Below are positions 21,101 to 30,548 of a DNA stretch of 64,000 nt, in pieces. Position numbers and translations under genes: made by a program. Positions within the stretch are counted from its first letter, which is position 1. Each line of letters starts with the position of its first letter. Under the pieces are notes generated by a model. That model saw only the letters and a list, made by a program, of their open reading frames with translations, did not search any database and had not been told where the DNA came from. This DNA comes from Chrysemys picta bellii (taxonomy: Eukaryota), in the NCBI RefSeq assembly GCF_011386835.1, contig NC_088794.1, positions 26,722,001 to 26,786,000 of the forward strand, given 5' to 3'.

Positions 21101-24100
21101 TCTGTGTCTTCCACATCCTAAATCTGAATTATTACCTTGGGTATAACATTTTTCCTGCCTGATTCAGACTGTAAGTGGCTTGGGCAAGGAATCGTTTCTC
21201 TACGTGACTGCAAAACTCCTGCCATAAATTTCAGACAATGAAGGAGTTCAATGACAGAGAGGATTTTTCTCATTGCCACTAACTCTCCCTGAGAACCTCA
21301 AATCCAGATTGGTTCTCACTAGCCCCACCTCCTCTGCCGTGGAACAGAGACCACGATTCTCCCAACGCAGGAGGCACAGTGGAACGTGGCTCACTCTCCT
21401 GTAGCTGTGTGGGCTCTGCAGCCTCATGGGAGTAACGTGTGTCAGTGTGCAGATGTGACTCATTCGGCTTAGGACAACGGCTTAGGACAGGAAGTGAACA
21501 ACAGTGCATCCAAATGAAACTATGGGGAGAACTTCCAAACGCAGAATGGAATCTGGCTAGGGCTCCTCTTCTGATCACGAGTGGCCAGGACCTCTGTTTT
21601 ACAGCTAATCCCAGAGGCACAGCACCCCCAGGCATACTTCTGGGGCACTGATTCAGCACTCAGAGGAAAGAGCACTGCCTTCTGCAGCATCTGGGCTTTC
21701 CTCTGCGATCTCCTGGCCAGGCTTAATTTAGGAGACCTGAACCCGAGGTGGCATGAGGCTTTTGAGGAAGCATTTTCCTCCTACCATTCTTATTAGACCA
21801 TAAAGCATTAGAGCCCTTAGCTTATCATTTTATCCCAGTTACTGTTACAACAAATGCTATGGTCCTTTCAAAACTCTTCTAAAGCTGTTTGCTTTATTGA
21901 CACCCTGCAGCAGCAAGTGCCACAGGTTAATTATGCATTAGCAGCCATTTCATATGCTTGAAGTTAATTATCTTAATTCATCAAGTGCACACTTGTTCTT
22001 GTACTGAGACAATATAAGGAGGAGTGTAAATCCAGGATAGGCCAGAGGCATGAGATCAGGAGGACAATTCCTTCAAGAAAGAGAGCCATTTTAAAGCTAT
22101 TACACACATCTAAGGGCCTGCTCCTGCTCCCAATGAAATCAAGGATAAAACAGCCAATGAGTTCAGTTGGGCGGGATCTGACTTGATGCATCATTTCCAC
22201 GCTACAGTTCCTGGAAGTCCAGAAAAGTACATGCCTTAGTCCAGGGGATGAAATAGTTCACCCCTAGTGCCTGGACCAGTCCATCTCTCCAGGGAGGGGT
22301 GACCATCCTCCTGCCTTGGAACACTAACCCCACATTCCTATAAAAGTCTCCACAGGGGGACCTTTCTGGATACTTGGTCTAAAACTGCCCTCTTTCAATC
22401 TCCTTCCATTCGTCCTAGCTAGACCTTCTACCACCGAGTAAGTCATCTCCAGATCCATGGCTCCTTGCAAACGGTTCTGCCTCCCCATAGTCATCACTTA
22501 GCCAAGACACAAATATTTTTTTACAAGTCACAAGTCAATCTCCCCAGGTCCCGGGCATTTCTCCTGCCCTTTTCTGAACCCCTCCTCCCCCAATATACTG
22601 CCACCTTTTCGATAACAAAGTGCCCAGAACTGAATTTTGTAGCTGGTATCCCACCACTGAAGGTGTACAGAGATTGCCTCCCTACTTTGTAATGTGCTGT
22701 GTCTGTAAATGCAGTGCTGCAATCGCTGCTGGAATACTGTGTCCAGTTCTGGTGCCCACAGTTCAAGAAGGATGTTGATAAATTGGAGATGCTTCAGAGA
22801 AGAGCCACAAGAATGATTAAAGGATTAGAAAACATGCCTTACAGTGACAGACACAAGGAGCTCAATTTGTTTAGCTTAGCAAAGAGAAGGTTAAGGGATG
22901 ACTTGATCAGAGTCTATAAGTATCTACATCAGGAATGACGACTGGCAAGTAATCGAGATTCAGCCCTAGAAAGGGCTTTGACTGCAATCCACAGCTTGGA
23001 TCATGAGTACTCCCACTATTAACCAGGTAATCTTGGGTCACGCAATGAGAATGCTGATACATTGCTGCTGCAAACTGGTTTGGCAAGCTCCACATTTGAT
23101 AAGACGAGTATTGACATGAGGAACAAATATTTAATAATGGGCTCTTCAGTCTAGCAGAGAAAGGCAGAACATGATCCACTGGCTGGAAGCTGAATCTAGA
23201 TAAACTCAGACTAGAAATAAGCCCTAGATTTTTAATAGAGTAATTAACCATTGGAACAATTTACCAAGGGTAGTGGTGGATTCTCCATCACTGAAGATTT
23301 TAAAATCAAGATTGGATGTTTTCCTGAAAGATCAGCTCTAGGAATTATTTTGGAGAAGTTCTCTGGCCTGTGTTGAACCTCTGGTCAGACTAGATCATCA
23401 CAATGGTCCTTTCTGGCCTTCGAATCTCTGAATCAATATCCAGAATCCCACATTTGCTACAATTCCTCAGTTGTGGAATCCACCACAGAACGCGCTTTCT
23501 CCCCCATGACACAGAAATCCCCTTCCTTTGCATTTATCGGTGTCCAGCTGCCCTTTTACACTGCCTGTGTCTCCCCATCCTAGTCAAACGCCTGCCCTCC
23601 AACCAGTCAATCATTAGCATATTTTGTAAAGCGCGGACTCAAGTTCCTTTTTTTTATGGCTACTGTTGTGATAACAGGAGGAGGATTGCAGCTAGCATCC
23701 CAAAGCAGAGCCTATCTTCTAAAACCAGCCACTTCCTTTCTTTATCTTTCAGTCACATAGGGGGAGGTATTCATAGGTACAAATGGTGTTAGGTGCCTAA
23801 CATTGGCAGTCAATGGAAATTAGATGCCCCCTTTGAAAACCTCCCCAATGAGTTTCTGCCTAAAAATGTGTTGCTCTTTTCTATTAACCCCCGCCCCCCA
23901 GTTAATTTAATTTAACAAGGTGCTACTGTGTGCCATACAAACCCCAGTTAATGGAATGCTAAGGTGGCCTGGTTGTGCTTTCAGCATCTGCCAGGAGACC
24001 AGAGCCAGGCCAAACTTGGTATTTCTAAGGTAAAAAGCAATGAGAAAACCCTGACCTTTATAAAGGCACACCAAAGAGCAGGGGCTCAATGAAAGAAAAC

Positions 24101-27100
24101 ACCTCTGCAGATCAAACATCCTAAGGTCATCTCTGTGCCACTGCTAATGCCCCTCACAACCTGGGAGTTTAAAAGACTATACTGAAAATGTACCAGACAC
24201 ATATGGACTTTGGGGAACAATAAGAGTGAAGTCGATTTCCTGGGGAATCCCTAGGGAGAAGTTAATGCAAATTCCCCACCTCCAGTTATGAAGATCCACC
24301 CTGAACAGATTTCAGAGTGGTAGCTGTGCTAGTCTGTATCAGCAAAAACAACGAGGAGTCCTTGTGGCACCTTAGAGACTAACAAATTTATTTGGGCATA
24401 AGCGTTCGCGGACTAAAACCCACTTCATCAGCTGCACGGCGTGGAAAACACAGTAGCAGGTATATATACACAGTACATGAAAAGATGGGAATTCTAAGGT
24501 GCCACAAGGACTCCTCGTTGTTTTTACCCTGAACAGAGGGTCAATGTCTGCTGATTACCCATTACAGCAGGCCAAGATCAAAGGGCCGAGCTGTATAAAG
24601 AAACAGCTAATCTGCCCAGATGGGAGTTCTGGATCTAAGACAGATGAACTTGTAACCAGGGGGAAAACCCAGTTCTGGGTTTTGAAGGACTAAAATCTAT
24701 CAGAGCCCCGGACGGGAGTTGGGGGTCTGATAAGCTTCTGAGCAGTCATGTAAGGTTTTCTTATTGTTTTAATAGATTTTTTCTGTAGTACTTTTTAAGA
24801 ATAAATGTAGGAGCTGCATGGTAACTTATAACTGCTGGCAATACACTGGCCATAGCTCTTTGGAGAGACAGCAGAGCACAGGTGCTGTTCTTCTTAGGCA
24901 GTCTGGCTTTCTGGGGATATCCCAGTGCAAGGCTGGGTGCTCTGCAATTAAACTGGGTGCCCCACAAAGGGGAAATACAGATGCAGTTGCCCTGACCCTG
25001 TGCCATGTGTCTCTAAGGTTGAAGCAAAGAGCAGTAAGATACACTGCATTCCGTACAAAAGGAAGTACCAAGATTGCAAGGTTAGACAATGTGAAGTTGG
25101 GAAATGCCCGTTAAGGTTCTACAGAAAAGCTATGACAGGCCGTTGAACTCTCCTTCATTCCCATAACTGCCTCCCTGTCCTGTTCATCCCTAACACCATA
25201 CTTCAGCCAGCAATAGCCATCTGTTTCCAGCAGATATTTTAAGAGAGGGAAATAGAAGAAACTGGACTGTGCTGCATTGTACAAAGACCTTTCAAGATAT
25301 ACAGGGGCTAAGTCAAGGGCTACACAGCCACACTATGCTTGAGATTTTCAAAGCAGGCCAGAGGCTAACATATTAATCAATCATGTTTATTATCGTAGTG
25401 CCAGGGCCAAACAAGAGGGGGGCCCCATTGTGCTAGGGGCTATACACACTATACTAAATAGTCCCTTCCTTGAACAGTATACTGTTTAAATAAACCAGAC
25501 AGACACAGTGTGAGGGAAAGGGAGTAGAACACACAAGCAGAGTGAACTATGTGATGGCAGCAAATGTCATGTTAATACAGCAATTTTGGGGGGTGGGCAG
25601 CTGGGTTTATTTCAGAGGTGATCAGCTAAATGGAAAGAAAGGGGAAAGAGGTGAGGGGGGCAGGCAAAGAGGGATGGAGTAGGCGTGGACTGAGTGAAGC
25701 TGACGTGAAGAGTCAATGAGGGAAGGGAGGGTTGGAGCAAACAGACAATCTGCACAGAGCAGAGAAAGTCCAGTCAAAATGTAGGAAGTTGTCTGAATGT
25801 CCAGAGGTCCCTGCTTTGGCTGCTTCTGCTCCTACTAGCCAGAGCTACATCTTCCATTAAAGTCAACCTGTGTGGCTGAATCCCATATGCTGCTTTGACA
25901 ATCTCAGCCTACACTCTTTAATGTGAAGGTAAGGGAGTTGTGCATGCACATATGTGCAGTCTGGCACTTCATGAGCTTGGGAAAAGAGGGTGGCAGGGAC
26001 ACACAGCATGCAACTTGCAAAGGGTCACAGCTACATGAAACCAACTCCAATTTTCACAAGCCCTTCTCAAAAGCAAGGGCTATTTCCAAGCCAAATTTCC
26101 ATTTTCTGCTCCCAGCTATTTCAGTTGCAGAAGTGATTAAAAAGGTTACATGAATTTTAACAGGGAAAATATTTTTGTACTCATTCTCAAAAACTGCTCA
26201 GATGTTTCGGTTTAAACTCCTTCTCCACCCCCCAAAAAAGTCACCTTTGCACACAGACCAAGCCTGAAAGGTGAGTTTCAGAAAGTTACAAGTGCATAAA
26301 GATAGGGGGTTGGAATGGAAACCATTCTGCAGCCTTAAATATGCCATTTGCTGCTGCTCCAGGTATAGATTATCAAAGATCTTCCCAAGGTTTGTTCACT
26401 TTTCCATCTTGTCTCACCCCAATATTGTCTTTGCCATGAAGAGAACTGGCTTTTCAGGGCCTTTCCCCACATTGCCATGTGCTGGCTGTAAAAGACTGCC
26501 TCATTCACTAGGACAAAGAGAGCACTTTACAGCCCATCCCCACCTGGGATGTATGGCAACAATGTTCTGCAGCTAAGATCTCCCTGCTGCAACTCAAATC
26601 TGCAAACATGTCTTTATTAATTATTTGAACCTTCCCAGGACTGAGTCCTTGACTAGTTGTATATTGATTAAGTGGTGCATTTTTAGATTTAATTACAATC
26701 TTGTGTTCTGGAATTATTTTGTGAACAAACAGCTGCAGTAGAATTTTTACTTTGCCACAGGATGTAACACTTATCACAGAAATCAGGAGTAGGGGTGTCT
26801 TGTCACAGAATTGAGATCCAACATGCAGCAGGATACAAAAGCCCCAACTCACTAGCCACTATTAGGGCTTGTCTACACTTACATTTTATAGTGATCTAAC
26901 TTGCTGGCTCAGGGGGGTGAAAAATCACGCTGAGTGCAGCACGTTTAAGCGCTTTAAAGCGCTAGTTTGGACAGCGCCCCCAGAGCTCGGAGCTATTCCC
27001 CTCATGGAAATGGATTACCAGGAGCTATAGCTCAGTGGTTTGAGCACTGGCCTGTTAAACCCAGGGCTGTGAGTTCAATCCTTGAGGGGGCTATTTAGGG

Positions 27101-29938
27101 ATCTGGGGCAAAAATCTGACAGGGACAGTACTTGGTCCTGCTGTGAAGGCAGGGGACTGGACTCGATGACCTTTCAAGGTCCCTTCCAGTCCTACACTTC
27201 TAGCTCTCCCACTGTTCACGCGTAACCACACTCACACTTCAAAGCGCTCCCGAACCACTCTGAAGTTTCTAGTGTAGACGTAGCCTTAGAGAGACAAGGT
27301 GAATGAGGTAATGTCTTTTATTGGATCAACTTCTGGTGGCGAACACTTGTCTCTTTCACCAACAGAAGTTAGTCCAATAAAAGACATTATCTCACCCACC
27401 TTGTCTCTCAAGATCTGTGGACCAACGCTACAACACTGCAAACTACTCACAATCATGCCATAGCCTCTTTGTCTTAGCACTGTTGCTTTCTAGGTTTCTT
27501 CCTCCCATTGAAAATGAAATTCCATGGCCTTGGTTATGCAGGTTAGACTAGATGGATCACAATGTTCACTTCTAGACTTAAAAACTACATCTATTCGTGT
27601 GTGTTGGAGAGGTTTTATCAGTGAATATTTTCATCATGCTGTTTACTTCCAGAGAACTTCTGAAGATGTTGAGTAAAACCATGTCCAATACAGATTTTTT
27701 TCTGCATCCAGTAAACATCTTCCTCCCAACTCAATACATTGCCTTTTATTACCATTCTTGTTTTCTGCTTTTCCAGCCACTTCTGAAGCCACGAGAAAAT
27801 ACTCACAGCCAACCCAACCTGGATAATATTGTGGCACAATAAGTGCTTTAAAGTCAAAATAACAGAAAGCCATCAAATGAGATGGGCTTGATTGTTTTTC
27901 TTCATAATTCCATGATGCTTACACTGCTCATATCTCTGCTATCCTCCAAGATGTTTACAGACTTTTATTTTAATTAGGAACTGATAGACCTTCCAAACAG
28001 TAATTGCCAGGGTCACTCTTTCTCCCTTTTCTGAAGATCGGTAGCACATTTATTTTTCTCCAATCTCCTCCCCCAGGACTTTTCAAAATAATGGCCAATG
28101 ACTCAAGAAATCTGTTAGTCATTTTCTATTACCTAGAATGCCTGTAATCCTGATACACTAATCTGCATATGTTCATATTTTCCAAGTTCTCTCATACCTA
28201 CTCTCTTTATCATACCGCCCAACTGTCCAAAGTTACTTTCTGGATTTTGCTTGTTAAAGGTTAACTGCAAGGAAACTAAATTAAGCATATTTCTGTGCTG
28301 AACTGTTTCAATGGCCACATCCCAGAACATAATTCTGACCTATCATTATAGCATGGGATCCAGTGAGACTTGGATAACCATGCTGTACTCTAGGATGCTT
28401 TCAGTCAATCAGAAAGTCCTAAGAGGATTCCAAACAAGGGGAAATGTTTATTTTCAAGTTAAAACTGCTTTCTGTGGGGGATGAAGCCTGGCTATTGGGG
28501 ATCATACAGCACAGAAATGCCATAATTTTTATGCAGTTCTTTGAAAAGGTAAGATTTTAGAAAGGCATTCAAGACCTCGCCCATTTAGAACCATCCTCAA
28601 TTTCATCCTCATTTAATGCATCTACTTCCAATCAAGCACTACTATTTCTCCCAGGATAGCTGTAAAAGCCTCTCACATTTCCCTTATGGTTAACATTCTT
28701 TTTTTGCCACTGTTAACTTTTCCCTCAAGGCTTAACTTCTGGTATAGTCTCATTTGGTAACCTCCCACCTTTTCAGAACAGGGGTTTATTGCCTTAAAAT
28801 TTCTGTTCAACCCCTCATGAGGCCACACTGGCAGTCTCTTGGTTCTTTGCATTTTGCTCCTGGAAAGTAATCAAGATTGATTGCAGTTTCCTAAGAATCT
28901 CTAACCTTCTTCCATGATCTCAGACTTAGCACTTCCATCTCCGAGCTGAACTTTCTTCCATTATACCCACGTGTCCAGATTTCTTAACTCTCCAAAATTT
29001 GCTCCTCTGAAATCTAATACATTTGGACCACTGCATTCACGTTCCTTACTACACTGAATTCAAGTAGTTCCCAAGCTTCCTTATTACTCACACATTCTCA
29101 ATAATTTTCTCCTTGTAAATCTGGGATAGATTTTCAGTTCCTGGTATCATCAGGGTGATTTCTTTGTAATTTAGGCACCTCTCTGATTATACCCAGTTAT
29201 TCAAGCAGATAAAATTCCTTAAGAGCTCAGCATCCTGAAGTCCTGAGTACCCTAAATCAGGTTGTGTTCATGTGCCTACAGTCCCAGAGAGATCTCTAGT
29301 AGTTGCCCCATCTAGCTCTCTTCTGGTTTCGTTTCCTGTCTCTTACCCTCATGTTTTGCAGAAGAGGATGGCTAGGTTCCCAATCTGTTGTATCCACCAC
29401 TGCCCTCTTCTCCAACAACACAGATCTCCCTGGCTTAAGGGATGCTTCAGTCCAACAGGTACTGCCCACTTCTTTCTCCCTATTGCCCACAGACTGTAAC
29501 CAGACAAACACTAGCTCCAGCTAAAAAAAACGTCCCCGCAGATTCCAGTCATCACCCAGACAATGCCTTAACAACACTGCCACTCTTTGCAGGCTTCTCA
29601 AGATCTGTGGGGATTTTCAGAGCCACCCTTCAGCACCATAATGCTCCTTTGCTGGCACACAAGCCCCATCACGTGCCTTTACCAGACGAGTAGGAATCAG
29701 ACCCACCTATGGTCCCTTGCAGCCTACTTCCCAGCCTCCGAGTCTCATGAGTTTGATATCCACCGCAAGGGGGGCCCAAACCTTCTCCAAACAGCCCCCC
29801 AAACTCCATGAGGCTTCCCAGCAACTCTCTGCAAATCCCCCCCCCTTGCCGTGGATGGGGGTGGGGCTTTCACTCGCCGCTCACCTGGTTGAACTCTTCG
29901 TCGGCGTAGATATCGATCAGATCCACCCCCTCGGACAT
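14970..29938 (-). CDS. CPSF7: Cleavage and polyadenylation specificity factor 7 (CFIm59); join(29938-29885,20536-20318,19318-19215,18711-18566,16656-16251,15695-15577,15499-15331,15138-14970), 461 aa
   Basis: [18 protein letters not shown] start, RRM ([17 protein letters not shown]...KGYAEVVV), Pro-rich region, and RS/RE-rich C-terminus ending ERDRHH*. All introns are GT-AG and the total of 1386 nt is in frame. Confidence 0.97.
15331..15499 (-). CDS. CPSF7: CPSF7 exon 8
   Basis: [29 protein letters not shown]...SSSS. Confidence 0.95.
15577..15695 (-). CDS. CPSF7: CPSF7 exon 7
   Basis: [39 protein letters not shown]. Confidence 0.95.
15786..15940. repeat. ~55-bp degenerate tandem repeat x3 (CCCACCTGGCAG...GGGGGCATCCC)
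   Basis: CCCACCTGGCA recurs four times. Confidence 0.7.
16251..16656 (-). CDS. CPSF7: CPSF7 exon 6 (Pro-rich)
   Basis: [10 protein letters not shown]...AAYNHS; ctaacag|GG and AG|GTGAGA. Confidence 0.93.
18110..18400 (+). mobile_element. old CR1 ORF2 fragment
   Basis: GTGAGGCCCCAGCTGGAGTACTGCGTCCAG...GTCCAGAGAAGAGCTACT (RPxLEYCVQ / VQRRAT motifs). Confidence 0.75.
18566..18711 (-). CDS. CPSF7: CPSF7 exon 5
   Basis: [17 protein letters not shown]...EAQARK; donor C|GTAAGT. Confidence 0.95.
19215..19318 (-). CDS. CPSF7: CPSF7 exon 4
   Basis: WTTDQQLIQ...NGQSKG; donor GG|GTGAGA. Confidence 0.95.
20318..20536 (-). CDS. CPSF7: CPSF7 exon 3
   Basis: [17 protein letters not shown]...VGSFSW; ctag|GAC and TGG|GTGAGT. 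Confidence 0.95.
20845..21066. mobile_element. Penelope-like element insertion with inverted terminal copy
   Basis: 11-bp TSD CATGTAACAGG at 20834-20844 and 21067-21077; perfect 85-bp inverted arms 20887-20971 and 20982-21066. Confidence 0.8.
20938..20977 (-). ncRNA. minimal type-I hammerhead-ribozyme-like motif (PLE type, U4C variant)
   Basis: GCAT-CCGAAGA-A-GTGGGC-TGTA-GTCCAC-GAA-AGCT-T-ATGC: 4-bp helix I, 6-bp helix II, palindromic AGCT helix III; activity untested. Confidence 0.55.
22725..23434 (+). mobile_element. CR1 LINE 3' fragment interrupted by a 178-bp insert (22936-23113)
   Basis: [35 protein letters not shown]...RVYKYLH; CR1 sequence resumes at 23124. Confidence 0.88.
24310..24525. 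mobile_element. Penelope-like element insertion with partial inverted copy
   Basis: 12-bp TSD ACCCTGAACAGA at 24298-24309 and 24526-24537; 32-bp inverted segment at 24494-24525; degenerate hammerhead motif at 24396-24435 on -. Confidence 0.8.
24540..25010. mobile_element. possible solo-LTR-like repeat
   Basis: General composition only; termini not resolved. Confidence 0.25.
26865..27285. mobile_element. PIF/Harbinger-type MITE
   Basis: 15-bp imperfect TIRs GGGCTTGTCTACACT / AGTGTAGACGTAGCC with TTA TSD on both sides. Confidence 0.8.
27021..27195 (+). mobile_element. tortoise PolIII/SINE nested in the Harbinger MITE
   Basis: tRNA-like head (TAGCTCAGTGG A box, GAGTTCAATCC B box) plus CR1-like tail. 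Confidence 0.85.
27289..27409. mobile_element. Penelope-like inverted fragment (second family)
   Basis: Imperfect ~54-bp inverted arms GAGAGACAAGG...CCTTGTCTCTC. Confidence 0.55.
27870..29270 (-). mobile_element. degenerate CR1 ORF2 (endonuclease/RT N-terminal region)
   Basis: Reverse complement at ~28000-28050 encodes [17 protein letters not shown] (CR1 RT motif); remainder decayed, boundaries approximate. Confidence 0.6.
29885..29938 (-). CDS. CPSF7: CPSF7 first coding exon (exon 2; full exon ~29885-29998)
   Basis: ATG 29938; donor CAG|GTGAGC; acceptor ctctccccgcag at 29999. Confidence 0.95.
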
Positions 29939-30524
29939 ATTTCCAGCCGCGGCGGGAGCCAGAGCCCGGGGGCACAGGAAGGAAGCAGATGCGGTGCACT
30001 GCGGGGAGAGGCGGCTCAGTAACACGGGCCGGCCATGTGCGCCCGGCCTGAATCTACCCCCCTCCCCGGACCTACCCGCCCTGGCTCCCCTCCATCTACT
30101 CCCCCCGGCTCCCTCCCCGCTTATATCTACCCGCCCCCGATCGGCCCGCCAGCTTCACCCAACCCCCCGGGAGAACAGGGGCCCCGTCCGGCGCTGCCCT
30201 GGCGAGGCGGGCGCAGGGACACGACTCCCCCGTCTCAGGGCCCTGCCGCCAGCCGACCGGCCCGCCCTCCCCGCGGGTCCGATCCCCGCGCCAACCCCGC
30301 TGCATCGAGTCACCGGGGGGCCCCCACCGGCCCGTTACCGCGCCGGGGCCCAGCGTCCCAAGCAGGCCCGAAGCGCGCGAACCGCTCACCGCCACAAGCC
30401 AGCGCCGTCACGCCACGCCCCTTCCGATGCAGGCCACGCCCCTTCCGCCCCTCGCCCGCCGGGACCGGAGGTACCATAGAGAGCGGGGGAGGCCGGAGTA
30501 GAGTGGCCAGGCCCAGGAAGCGGG

Positions 30525-30548
30525 ATGGCAGTGGCGATGGGGCTTCGG
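30525..30548 (+). CDS. SDHAF2: SDHAF2 exon 1 (MAVAMGLR)
   Basis: gggATGG Kozak; donor CGG|GTGAGC. Confidence 0.8.

Noticed and set aside
27021-27095. tRNA-like sequence (also at 38915-38989 and 63120-63196)
   Set aside because: These are SINE heads followed by CR1-type tails, not tRNA genes.
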